Shown: positions 9,297 through 19,614 of the stretch, in pieces
Layout: each line of letters starts with the position of its first letter
Position numbering within the stretch: position 1 is the stretch's first letter
Source of the DNA: an uncultured bacterium
GTDB taxonomy: Bacteria; Patescibacteriota; Minisyncoccia; UBA6257; 2-01-FULL-56-20
NCBI GenBank assembly: GCA_963718575.1
Contig: OY970358.1
Coordinates: 194,172 to 258,171, forward strand
Length of the DNA: 64,000 nucleotides
Direction of reading: 5' to 3'
Notes under the pieces: model-generated
What the model was told of the DNA's origin: nothing
Databases searched by the model: none
What the model saw: only the letters and a program-made list of their open reading frames with translations
Translations under genes and position numbers: made by a program

Positions 9297-10304
9297 TTAC
9301 GGCAGCAGCTGCTTTATCTCCTCTGCATTCAGCGTGTATGCCCGCACGAACGAATCGTCAACGTGCGCATAGAGAACGCCGCTCCCGTTTCCTTGCTCCA
9401 CAAACTGGCTGGCAAATGTGATCGTTCGCGCTTCGCTATCCTGGATGAACGGCTCGGGCGAGACCCAATCGATCGTGCCATTCTCGTAGTCGTAAATAAA
9501 CAATCCGACCGAAAAAATACCGTATTTTATTTTGCCATCCACGCGCTGGTTCGCTTCGCGGCCGTTGATAACGCCCAATAGCTTCCCTTGGCCAACATCA
9601 ATAAAATTTTTCGGAAAGAGCGGACCGGGTGATGCGTGCCCGCCGATCCACGAAATATTCTGCTCTGCCGGATGGAACACCGTCTCGCCAAACTTCCATG
9701 CCGCACCCATATCTTCCGTAATGGCGACACGCACCGTGGAATAAGTGAAATCTTCTCCCGTCGCCGACGACTCGATCAAATTATAATGAACGCCATGTTT
9801 ATTCGTCGGCGCAATGGAAACTTCCTTAGCGCCGCCCGTGCCAACATCCATCAGAACCGGCATCGTCATCTCCAACGAATCCAGATCTTTGCCGACGGCA
9901 TGGCCAAGATGGATGAGCATTCCATGCTTTCCAATATTATGAAACGGCATCGTAAAGTAGAGATGCGTCAATCCGACCTTCTCATCAATCCAAATGTCCG
10001 GGTCTTCAAGGCCGAGAAAATCGAGCGTTTCACCCGCTAATTGCGCAACTATCTCTTCCTGATTTTTTATCATTAAGCGCTCCCCGATTGAAAAACGATC
10101 GAGCGAATCTCCGCGAACCTTATGCAACACGCTCCGATCAATATACCCAGACGTCGCCACATCGCCCGAACGATTTGTGATGCACCGAATGACGCCTTCT
10201 TTATATCCCGAACGCGGGTCGAGCGAGATTGCCATCACATGCTCAAACTTTCCATTCGTCTCCACGGCCTTCCCCGGATGCTCAATATATCCTTTCATCC
10301 TCAT
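9297..10304 (-). CDS. Beta-propeller glycosidase-like protein (GH130/DUF377-like?), hypothetical
   Basis: 335 aa with EDPDIW- and DPR-type blade motifs and repeated hydrophobic beta segments. Family assignment is uncertain without an HMM search. Confidence 0.3.
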   Translation of the reverse strand: MRMKGYIEHPGKAVETNGKFEHVMAISLDPRSGYKEGVIRCITNRSGDVATSGYIDRSVLHKVRGDSLDRFSIGERLMIKNQEEIVAQLAGETLDFLGLEDPDIWIDEKVGLTHLYFTMPFHNIGKHGMLIHLGHAVGKDLDSLEMTMPVLMDVGTGGAKEVSIAPTNKHGVHYNLIESSATGEDFTYSTVRVAITEDMGAAWKFGETVFHPAEQNISWIGGHASPGPLFPKNFIDVGQGKLLGVINGREANQRVDGKIKYGIFSVGLFIYDYENGTIDWVSPEPFIQDSEARTITFASQFVEQGNGSGVLYAHVDDSFVRAYTLNAEEIKQLLP

Positions 10305-10323
10305 TTCTTTATTATAATCTCGT

Positions 10324-10365
10324 CTAAAACAAAAAGCCCCGCTTTCGCGGGGCTTTTTGTTTTAG
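10324..10365. terminator. Perfect palindromic intrinsic terminator (ctaaaacaaaaagccccgc-tt-tcgcggggctttttgttttag), bidirectional
   Basis: Stem agccccgc/gcggggct flanked by A-run and T-run. The T-run overlaps the rpsJ stop codon. Confidence 0.7.
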
Positions 10366-10685
10366 ACCATCTTGATCTCAATATCAACGCCGGCGGGAAG
10401 GTTCAAGTTCGAAAGGGATTCAATGATCTTCTGACTGGGGTTTAATATCTCTACAAGGCGCTTATGAATGCGGAGCTCGAACTGTTCGCGGGCATCCTTA
10501 TGGACGAAGGTCGAACGGTTGACAGTGTAGTGCTTCACTTCCGTGGGAAGCGGGATAGGACCCGTCACCTTGGCATCGTTCCGCTCGGCGGCCTCGATGA
10601 TCTGGCGTGCCGAGTTGTCGATCAGTTTATGATCGTACGACTTGATGCGAAGGCGCAACTTTTGTGGAGTATCTGTCTTTGCCAT
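10362..10685 (-). CDS. rpsJ: 30S ribosomal protein S10
   Basis: [48 protein letters not shown]...RIHKRLVEI is S10. Start chosen at the conserved MAK, not the upstream ORF-track ATG. Confidence 0.9.
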   Translation of the reverse strand: MAKTDTPQKLRLRIKSYDHKLIDNSARQIIEAAERNDAKVTGPIPLPTEVKHYTVNRSTFVHKDAREQFELRIHKRLVEILNPSQKIIESLSNLNLPAGVDIEIKMV

Positions 10686-10699
10686 TTGAGTACCAAGGG

Positions 10700-10727
10700 A
10701 GTATAGCAAATCCGGCAGAAGTGTCAA
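10700..10727 (-). promoter_or_regulatory. rpsJ promoter TTGACA-N16-TATACT with ~7-nt leader
   Basis: RC reads TTGACActtctgccggatttgcTATACTcccttggtactcaaATG. Near-consensus -35 and -10. Confidence 0.55.
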
Positions 10728-10813
10728 CAAGTGCGATAGGTAATAGTGCAAATGACTTTAGATAGTTTTAATGCATGATTCTATACAATGCCTGCGGGGG
10801 TGGCATAGTGCTG

Positions 10814-10958
10814 GGCCCAGGTTGGCACCATGGACCCACGAGGCGCACGTCCTCGCACCCCCGCGTATAGGCACCAAGAGAAATATTAAATAAAGATTAA
10901 AAATATTTTGACAGATCCTTTTGAATTGCTATTATGATCACAGGTGCCAACCTGGGCC
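10814..10958. repeat. 16-bp perfect inverted repeat (ggcccaggttggcacc / ggtgccaacctgggcc) bracketing ~113 nt that contains a TTGACA-N16-TATTAT promoter
   Basis: Seen in sequence. Intergenic between rpsJ and tuf. Confidence 0.4.
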
Positions 10959-10982
10959 ATGCAATATTATGTTTGGATCCAC

Positions 10983-11010
10983 AAAAAACCCGGCAACGGG
11001 TTTTTTGTTT
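10983..11010. terminator. Bidirectional intrinsic terminator aaaaaa-cccggcaacggg-tttttt
   Basis: Short GC stem with flanking A/T runs, ~40 nt downstream of the + strand promoter at 10908..10935. Confidence 0.6.
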
Positions 11011-11337
11011 GCGCGAGGTATCGAACGACATCTAAATATTGGTTACATAAAAAAAGAGCGTCGCACTGATAGAGCCGCATTTACTCGTCTTCGTCTTCCT
11101 CTGCCTCTGGCGTGACTTTGACAATCTTATCGTCCTTCGCGTCAACGATCAGAAAAAATATATGCGTGGCTCCGGTGATGAGTCCGCCAGTTTTTCCCTC
11201 TGGATCAAAAAACTCTCCTCTCCTTGGGACTCCTGGAGGCGTCAGCGTCGTGAAAAAAATGTAATAACATAAGCAAATAAAAACCACCCTTGAAGGGAAT
11301 CGCGGAGCCGCGAAGGCATCTTCATCCCTCGAGCAGT

Positions 11338-11416
11338 AACAAAAACACCCCTTCCTTTTTTGACGGTCACGTTCCTACGTGGCATTTCCGTCAAAAAAGG
11401 AAGGGGTGTTTTTGTT
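11338..11416. repeat. Conserved long hairpin element, copy 1, immediately 3' of tuf
   Basis: Near-perfect 79-nt palindrome aacaaaaacaccccttccttttttgacgg-TCACGTTCCTACGTGGCATTTCC-gtcaaaaaaggaaggggtgtttttgtt. The central 27 nt are identical to copy 2 at 16026..16105, while the outer stems covary. Confidence 0.6.
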
Positions 11417-11421
11417 ACTGC

Positions 11422-12623
11422 TTACTTGATGATCTTCGTCACGACGCCGGCGCCGACCGTCTTGCCGCCCTCGCGGATGGCGAAACGCATCTTGTCTTCC
11501 ATAGCAACCGGGGTGATGAGCTTGACCGTGATCTTGACGGTGTCGCCCGGCATGACCATTTCCATTCCTTCAGGAAGGGTGACCTCACCGGTCACGTCGG
11601 TCGTGCGGATGTAGAACTGCGGCTTATACCCCTTGAAGAACGGAGAGTGACGGCCGCCCTCTTCCTTCGAGAGCACGTAGATCTCACCTTCGAACTCCGC
11701 GTGCGGGGTGACGGTGCCCGGCTTCGCGAGCACCTGTCCGCGCTCCACGTCCTCTTTCTTGAGACCGCGGAGGAGCAAACCGGCGTTGTCGCCTGCCTGA
11801 CCATCATCCAAGCTCTTGTTGAACATTTCGATGCCGGTGACGACGGTCTTCTGGGTCGGCTTCAAACCGACGACCTCGACTTCCTCGTTCACTTTGACGC
11901 GACCGCGCTCGATGCGGCCGGTGACGACCGTGCCGCGGCCTTCGATCGAGAAGATGTCCTCGATAGGCATAAGGAACGGCTTGTCGAGTTCGCGGACCGG
12001 ATCCGGGAAGTAATCGTCCATCGCCTTGATCAAGATCAAGGATCGGCTTCGCATCTGCGGAATCAGCATCGGTCGCGTTCAACGCCTTCAATGCCGAACC
12101 GCGGATCACCGGGGCATGCTCGCCATCGTAGCCGTTCTTGGTGAGCAACTCGCGCACCTCGGACTCTACGAGATCGATCAATTCCGGATCATCTACCATA
12201 TCGCACTTATTAAGGAACACGATGATGTTCGGCACACCGACCTGGTGAGCGAGCAAGATGTGTTCGCGGGTCTGCGGCATCGGGCCGTCAGTCGCGGCAA
12301 CGACGAGCACTGCGCCGTCCATCTGGGCGGCGCCCGTGATCATGTTCTTAATGTAGTCAGCGTGTCCCGGAGCATCAACGTGCGCATAGTGGCGCTTCTC
12401 CGAAGAATATTCGGAGTGATGCAAAGCGATCGTGATGCCACGAGCCTTCTCTTCCGGAGCATTGTCGATCTGATCGACTTTCTCCTCTTTCTTTGCCCAA
12501 CCCTTCAAAAACAAAACGTGCGTGATCGCCGCGGTCGAGCGTCGTCTTGCCATGATCGACGTGGCCAATCGTACCTACGTTGAGGTGCGGCTTGGACCGG
12601 TCGAACTTTTCTTTTTCTGCCAT
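11422..12623 (-). CDS. tuf: Elongation factor Tu, interrupted by two apparent 1-nt indels (~12536 and ~12032)
   Basis: Three overlapping frames together read [29 protein letters not shown] | [36 protein letters not shown]...ADAKPILDL | [25 protein letters not shown]...[14 protein letters not shown]. This gives a full-length EF-Tu. Confidence 0.9.
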
Positions 12624-12761
12624 AGTGTTTAAAAAATATTAATGTTTGTTTTACTGCGCGCGCAATCCCCTTTCGAAGAAAAACAGCCTCGAGAGCTGTG
12701 AAAATCTATAGCCAATCGACCTAAGTGACTTTCTCTTTTTTCCTCAGGGATTTACCAAGCA

Positions 12762-12790
12762 ATTGTATGTGGATTGCGCGAAATTGTCAA
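12762..12790 (-). promoter_or_regulatory. tuf promoter TTGACA-N17-TACAAT, ~130-nt leader
   Basis: RC of 12762..12790 reads TTGACAatttcgcgcaatccacaTACAAT. Same consensus as the rpsL promoter. Confidence 0.5.
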
Positions 12791-12814
12791 ATACGGCGGG
12801 GAAAAGTTGTGGAT

Positions 12815-12857
12815 ACAATAAAAAGCGCGAGAAAAAGATGTAATCTTCTTCTCGCGC
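12815..12857 (-). terminator. Intrinsic terminator (gcgcgagaa...ttctcgcgc hairpin + T-run on minus strand)
   Basis: Lies just 3' of the 12871..13383 gene. Confidence 0.5.
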
Positions 12858-12870
12858 CACACCCCCAGCA

Positions 12871-13383
12871 CTAGTTTTCCAAAATCTCCGGCATTGATCG
12901 CCCTATCATATCCAAGAGGTTTTTGACCTCTTCACTTTCAATGCCGCGCATAAAAACCTCCTCCTGGATGAACATCGGGGCATTCCGGGCGAGCGCGAGC
13001 GAAATCGCATCACCGGCGAACGCAACGACAGAAAAGTCCTTTTCTCCCTGCCGTAGGCATATCACCGGTATGGAAACTTCTGCCCGCTTTCCATCCTCAT
13101 CGGTCGCCGTCCCATTCGCGATCACGATCCGCTCGAGAGATGCCCCAAGCCCATCGAGTATGTTGCCCATGACATTCGGAAACGCCTGATCGTAGAATTC
13201 CAACCCCGCTGCCATGCTCATAACGCATTTCGTGTCAAACGGAGTCATGATGATAGGAAAGTGTACCATTACTTCCCCTACCCTGAGCACCACCACCGAC
13301 CTGCCGTCGCTCAAATTCACTCCCGCATCCTTCGTGACCACAAATGGTATCAATCCCATGCAATCCTCCCATTCTTCGACCAC
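12871..13383 (-). CDS. Bifunctional nuclease (BFN/DUF151) domain protein
   Basis: ...VVVLRVGEVMVHFPIIMTPFDTKCVMSMAAGLEF...PVICLRQGEKDFSVVAFAGDAISLALARNAPMFIQEEV matches the DUF151 pattern (PIxIG.FEA..I......DARPSDAIALALR..PI.V.E.V). Confidence 0.5.
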   Translation of the reverse strand: MVEEWEDCMGLIPFVVTKDAGVNLSDGRSVVVLRVGEVMVHFPIIMTPFDTKCVMSMAAGLEFYDQAFPNVMGNILDGLGASLERIVIANGTATDEDGKRAEVSIPVICLRQGEKDFSVVAFAGDAISLALARNAPMFIQEEVFMRGIESEEVKNLLDMIGRSMPEILEN

Positions 13384-13416
13384 TGCCTAAAGCCTATCAA
13401 GATGCCGCTCGCGATG

Positions 13417-13884
13417 TCAACGGTTCATCGCCCACACCCGATAGTTCAAATATGACGCGAATGTGACCCAGGCCGCGTATGGCACTAACAACCACGCGGC
13501 GAGCGGCGAGAGCGGCGCTATAAATTGGATGAGTAGGATGATCGTAAGGTCGAGGAATAGGCATACCCAGATGGCCGGCCCGGGCCGGTGCAAATAGAAG
13601 AATACGTAGCTCCAGAAAACGTTCACTGCCGCGTTCAGTATAAAAAGCGTGGCGACGAGCGCCGGCACCTGCACACCGTCCGGCAGGTTCCACACCATGA
13701 GCGCCGCGATTGCCGCAAGGATATAGAGCACCGTCCACACCGCGCCGATCACGCCTCCCGGCGGCGTCCACGACGGCATGCGCAACGTCTCGTACCACGT
13801 CGCGACCGATCGGGCCGTAAGCCGGCCACCGGCGAATGCGACGATCACCGCAATGAGCGGAATGAGGATGTAAGAGAGCTGCAT
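13417..13884 (-). CDS. tspO: TspO/MBR family tryptophan-rich sensory protein
   Basis: WYETLRMPSWTPPGGVIGAVWTVLY...5 TM helices. Start chosen at MQLSYILIPLI. Confidence 0.8.
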   Translation of the reverse strand: MQLSYILIPLIAVIVAFAGGRLTARSVATWYETLRMPSWTPPGGVIGAVWTVLYILAAIAALMVWNLPDGVQVPALVATLFILNAAVNVFWSYVFFYLHRPGPAIWVCLFLDLTIILLIQFIAPLSPLAAWLLVPYAAWVTFASYLNYRVWAMNR

Positions 13885-13891
13885 GGATTCA

Positions 13892-14134
13892 TTATAGCGC
13901 ACCGTAGGTCTGTTCACTCCGCCGCTCAATCAATAAGATCGAGACAGCACTGCCTTTTTTGCGAAATATAATACGTACACCTCCCTTTCGGATACGGAAA
14001 ATATCATCACGGCCTTGCAACTTCTTTACATCTAATCCTCCCAACTTATTCAATCTCAGCCTTCCAAAAACATCCTTCACCCAAAGTCGCTCCTTGGCGC
14101 TCAGCTTCTTGAGCGCTTTTTCGATCGCATCCAT
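13892..14134 (-). CDS. Type II toxin, RelE/ParE superfamily
   Basis: 80 aa, ...GRDDIFRIRKGGVRIIFRKKGSAVSILLIERRSE. Immediately downstream of a Phd/YefM-like antitoxin ORF. Confidence 0.5.
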   Translation of the reverse strand: MDAIEKALKKLSAKERLWVKDVFGRLRLNKLGGLDVKKLQGRDDIFRIRKGGVRIIFRKKGSAVSILLIERRSEQTYGAL

Positions 14135-14143
14135 GGGGCAGCG

Positions 14144-14371
14144 CTATAACCGCGAAAGCAGATCAGCGATCGCAACACCGCCCTTTTTGATCTTAGTGAA
14201 ATCGATGACCGGCTCCCACAATCCGGAAGAATCGTCATCAAGCGGGGATATTTTGAACACCGGCTTTGATTTTCTGACCACCACAAAAGAATCCCCTTTT
14301 TCCACCCGGGAAATATAGGTTTCTATATTCTCGCGCAATTCCCTCAGCCCCACGATCGTCTTTTTCTTCAT
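14144..14371 (-). CDS. Type II antitoxin, Phd/YefM family
   Basis: MKKKTIVGLRELRENIETYISRVEKGDSFVVVRKSKPVFKISPL. Start chosen at the internal ATG with the Phd-like N-terminus. 7-nt gap to the toxin gene. Confidence 0.5.
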   Translation of the reverse strand: MKKKTIVGLRELRENIETYISRVEKGDSFVVVRKSKPVFKISPLDDDSSGLWEPVIDFTKIKKGGVAIADLLSRL

Positions 14372-14515
14372 ATCCTCAAGTTTATCTTGAGATAAACTTG
14401 GCGTCAAATAATATTCCGTTGCCACACAATAGCACATCCGGATTAAAAATCTATTAAATATCTCCTGAATTTACTTTTTCCGGCTGCCACGCTATATTTC
14501 CTTTCGGGAGGTGCT

Positions 14516-14848
14516 ATGAAAAGCACTCAGATAAAATTCAAGGCAATACTCAAAGAGTATTGCGACGGGTCGCCGCACATTGTCGGAATGCGGGCAGGGA
14601 TCTACACAAGACACGTCAATGTGTCGATCGACGCACGCTTCCCCCGAAAAACCCGGGAGATCGACGAACTGGACAAGGAGACGCTGCGGATGAAGAGAGA
14701 ACTCGAAGAGTCCTTTCCCCACCGGAAAGTCGATGTCCGCATCGGACCAAGCGAAACAATGCCAAAGCCGGATGAGATTAAGCCCTTTCAGAGCGAAAAG
14801 ATCGTTTACATCACTGTGCGGCCGTACAAGATAAAATCCAAGTGTTAG
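14516..14848 (+). CDS. Hypothetical protein (110 aa)
   Basis: ORF with GGGAGG RBS 5 nt upstream of the ATG. Terminator follows. No recognisable motif. Confidence 0.4.
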   Translation: MKSTQIKFKAILKEYCDGSPHIVGMRAGIYTRHVNVSIDARFPRKTREIDELDKETLRMKRELEESFPHRKVDVRIGPSETMPKPDEIKPFQSEKIVYITVRPYKIKSKC

Positions 14849-14863
14849 CGCCGGCAACGGCAT

Positions 14864-14894
14864 AAATCGCAACCTCACGGGGTTGCGATTTTTC
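14864..14894. terminator. Bidirectional intrinsic terminator (aaatcgcaacc-tcac-ggggttgcgattttt)
   Basis: Lies between the convergent genes 14516..14848 (+) and 14913..15503 (-). Confidence 0.65.
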
Positions 14895-14912
14895 TATGCA
14901 ATAAAAATATCT

Positions 14913-15503
14913 TCAGAGTAATCGCAGAGCCCGCAGTTCGCGCCGCGCCGCGCGCCAATCGGGAATCACGCTTGCGACGAGCGCCCAAAAGCGCGGCGAA
15001 TGGTTGAGCTCGCGCAGATGCGCCAGCTCGTGGACAATCACGTAGTCCTGTAAGTGCGGCGGCAGGAATACTATCTTGTAATTGAAGTTCAGATTCCCTT
15101 TCCGCGAACAGCTTCCCCAGCATGTCTTTTGATCGCGGATCGCAACGCGGGCGAACGAAACCCCGGGAACACCCGGTCCGCCAAGCAGCGGCGCGAACAC
15201 TGCAAGCCGCGCAAGCACGAATGCCCGCGCCACCTCGCGATGCAAAAGATATTCGCGGCGGCCGTACCGCGCCACAGGATCCGGCGGCGGAAGCGAACGG
15301 ATCCGCGCGAGCGCGGCCATCACCCATCGCGCGTGGCGCAGAACAAATCCTTCCCCAAAGCGCTCCGCCGTCCGCATGGGCGTCGTGAGCACCACCGCCC
15401 CGTCGCGGCCTACCGCAAGCCGCATCCGCCGCGCCCGCGCGGAGCGGCGATGCGTGTACGAAATCGTCGATGAACCAACAGTCAATTCTTTTTGCATATG
15501 CAT
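14913..15503 (-). CDS. DUF45/YgjP-like zinc metallopeptidase (WLM/M48-type HExxH)
   Basis: ...WGSCSRKGNLNFNYKIVFLPPHLQDYVIVHELAHLRELNHSPRFWALV... carries the diagnostic DUF45 motifs. Very GC-rich. The alternative-frame ORF 14875..15726 is a shadow. Confidence 0.8.
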   Translation of the reverse strand: MHMQKELTVGSSTISYTHRRSARARRMRLAVGRDGAVVLTTPMRTAERFGEGFVLRHARWVMAALARIRSLPPPDPVARYGRREYLLHREVARAFVLARLAVFAPLLGGPGVPGVSFARVAIRDQKTCWGSCSRKGNLNFNYKIVFLPPHLQDYVIVHELAHLRELNHSPRFWALVASVIPDWRAARRELRALRLL

Positions 15504-15516
15504 CTATTCTACCCCA

Positions 15517-15549
15517 ATAAAAAAGTCCGGTGGATATGCTCCACCGGAC
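15517..15549 (-). terminator. Hairpin gtccggtgga-tatgc-tccaccggac + T-run (minus strand), upstream of the DUF45 gene
   Basis: Seen in sequence. Could insulate the insert from fusA read-through. Confidence 0.4.
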
Positions 15550-16025
15550 ACCCGATCCGTTTATCACCCGAGCCTGCCGCTGTCGAGTGAGGGGTTTCGT
15601 TTTTTTAGATTCGCATCCCCGACCGCCCTGTATCCCCGCCACCTCACGCATGCCCGCCGCCGACGAGAAAGCGTCCGGGAATGAGGGATGACTCCACCAT
15701 ATCCGCCGGTACGGCAGTCGCTTCACTCGCGCCGTAGAAGATCACCCTCGCCCGCATTCCTTCCTTTTCTGAAGTTCCGAGAGCATACCCAGAAGGGGTC
15801 GTCAAAATTATTGTCCGGCAATTTCCCGGAGGGCAAAAGCATTTCCTTAGCGTATATAGGAGAAAAAGAAAATCCCCTCCATCATGAATGAAAGGGATTT
15901 TCTATCCGCCCGCGTCTACATATAACGTAGACAGGGACTACCGCCCCACGGGCATGTTTTTATAGTATGCCTCTACGCATCCACCGTCAAATAACTTTTA
16001 ATGATTTTTTAACCATCATGTTTCT

Positions 16026-16103
16026 AAAAACAAAACACCCCTCCTCTTTTTAACGGTCACGTTCCTACGTGGCATTTCCGTTAAAAAGAGGAGGGGTGTT
16101 TTG

Positions 16104-16105
<2 letters not shown>
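16026..16105. repeat. Conserved long hairpin element, copy 2, immediately 3' of fusA (overlaps the stop codon)
   Basis: aaaaacaaaacacccctcctctttttaacgg-TCACGTTCCTACGTGGCATTTCC-gttaaaaagaggaggggtgttttgtt. The central 27 nt are identical to copy 1, with compensatory changes in the stem. Confidence 0.6.
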
Positions 16106-18212
<2,107 letters not shown>

Positions 18213-18245
18213 AAAAAAGTAAGGGTTAGTTCTTGCGCGCGTTCA

Positions 18246-18713
18246 TTAGCGGGCAAAGTGCGCGAAGGCGCGATTCGCTTCTGCCATGCGGTGCATGTCG
18301 AGCTTCTTCTTGATGGCGTTGCCTTCGTTCTTGGATGCGGCGATGATCTCGTCGGCCAGCTTGTCGGCCATGCCCTTGCCTTTCTTTGAGCGGGCGGCGC
18401 CGATGATCCAGCGGAGCGCGAGCACGAAGCGGCGCTCGGGGCGCACCTCGCGCGGCACCTGATAGTTCGCACCGCCGACGCGCTTCGACGCGACTTCCAA
18501 AAGCGGCATCACATTCTCGAGCGCTCGCTCGAAGACCACCATCGGCTCTTCTTTCGTCGTTTCCTTTATCTTATCAAAAGCATCGTAGACCAACTTCTCA
18601 GCGGTCGACTTCTTCCCGTCCTTCATGACGTAGTTGATGAAGCGGCCCAGCTCAATGCGGCCGAACACGACGTCGGGCTGATGGAACTTTTTATATACTC
18701 TCTTTTTACGCAT
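18246..18713 (-). CDS. rpsG: 30S ribosomal protein S7
   Basis: 155 aa ...MKDGKKSTAEKLVYDAF...RMAEANRAFAHFAR. Confidence 0.95.
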   Translation of the reverse strand: MRKKRVYKKFHQPDVVFGRIELGRFINYVMKDGKKSTAEKLVYDAFDKIKETTKEEPMVVFERALENVMPLLEVASKRVGGANYQVPREVRPERRFVLALRWIIGAARSKKGKGMADKLADEIIAASKNEGNAIKKKLDMHRMAEANRAFAHFAR

Positions 18714-18725
18714 GGGATTGGAATG

Positions 18726-19142
18726 TTATTTTGCCTTCGCGCGCTTGGCGCCATACTTTGAGCGCTGCTGTTTGCGATTGGCCACGCCAACGGTATCCAG
18801 CACGCCGCGAACGATGTGATAGCGCACGCCCGGAAGATCCTTTACGCGGCCGCCGCGCAACATAACAATCGAGTGCTCTTGTAAGGTGTGGCCTTCGCCC
18901 GGGATGTATGCGGTGACTTCCATGCCGTTCGTCAAACGAACGCGCGCAACCTTACGGATGGCGGAGTTCGGTTTCTTCGGCGTCTGAGTGAACACCTTCA
19001 CGCACACGCCGCGCTTGAACGGCGACGTGGAATCCACCGGACGGTTATGGATAGAATTAAAATAGTATGCCAAAGCCGGCGCTTTGCTCTTTGTGGCAAG
19101 CGGCTTGCGACCCTTTTTTATGAGTTGACGGATAGTAGGCAT
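18726..19142 (-). CDS. rpsL: 30S ribosomal protein S12
   Basis: [13 protein letters not shown]...[59 protein letters not shown]. Confidence 0.95.
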   Translation of the reverse strand: MPTIRQLIKKGRKPLATKSKAPALAYYFNSIHNRPVDSTSPFKRGVCVKVFTQTPKKPNSAIRKVARVRLTNGMEVTAYIPGEGHTLQEHSIVMLRGGRVKDLPGVRYHIVRGVLDTVGVANRKQQRSKYGAKRAKAK

Positions 19143-19157
19143 AACGAATACCAGAGA

Positions 19158-19186
19158 ATTGTAAGCGAGACGCGGTGTTATGTCAA
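19158..19186 (-). promoter_or_regulatory. str-operon promoter TTGACA-N17-TACAAT with ~15-nt leader before the rpsL ATG
   Basis: RC reads TTGACAtaacaccgcgtctcgctTACAATtctctggtattcgttATG. Confidence 0.55.
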
Positions 19187-19196
19187 ATAAAGCGCG

Positions 19197-19481
19197 CTAT
19201 CCCCGCTCCTCCACCACCCGGAGGCGGACGTCGAAATCCTTATTGGCGCCCTGGAGTTTAGAAATGTCTTCATTTGTGCGCACCGCATATGCAGAAAAGT
19301 GTGCATTAATGCCTTCTGTTACTTTGCGAAGATCCGCGATCGCCGCGAGAACTTCATCTTTAAATGACCTTAACTCATCTTTGGTGGCCATTCCGCCCAT
19401 CGTGGTCTTCATCTCTATCATCTCGGCGTGAACCACGTCGAAATCTTTTTGAATTGCGAGTGCTAATTTATCTATTGTCAT
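19197..19481 (-). CDS. Small coiled-coil protein, paralog family member 2
   Basis: 94 aa. ...GGMATKDELRSFKDEV... aligns with ...EGFMATAKDLLSLTERV... of 55026..55388. Shares its promoter with 8852..9232. Confidence 0.5.
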   Translation of the reverse strand: MTIDKLALAIQKDFDVVHAEMIEMKTTMGGMATKDELRSFKDEVLAAIADLRKVTEGINAHFSAYAVRTNEDISKLQGANKDFDVRLRVVEERG

Positions 19482-19487
19482 GCACTA

Positions 19488-19515
19488 ATTTTAGAGCGCG
19501 TGCAGAGAAAGTCAA
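19488..19515 (-). promoter_or_regulatory. Leaderless promoter TTGACT-N16-TAAAAT-N6-ATG, copy of the 9239..9266 promoter
   Basis: RC reads cattaaaaaatcctaaaaaagtttttgactttctctgcacgcgctcTAAAATtagtgcATG. Upstream A-tract motif is conserved with copy 1. Confidence 0.5.
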
Positions 19516-19614
19516 AAACTTTTTTAGGATTTTTTAATGAATTAATTCAATACACAGAATCACCTGCACTTTTCATTTTTCCCAACTCACGCTATAAATA
19601 GATGGTCGCAAATA

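Noticed and set aside
11290-12583. Long + strand ORFs (11290..12144, 12026..12583) antisense to tuf, and similar ones antisense to fusA (16470..17048, 17547..18389) and to the ribosomal genes
   Set aside because: They are shadow ORFs in GC-rich, highly conserved genes on the opposite strand. They have no motifs and no independent expression signals.
14875-15726. 283-aa Arg/Ala-rich ORF overlapping the DUF45 gene in another frame
   Set aside because: It is an alternative-frame artefact of a very GC-rich region. The DUF45 frame carries the diagnostic HExxH and WGSCS motifs.
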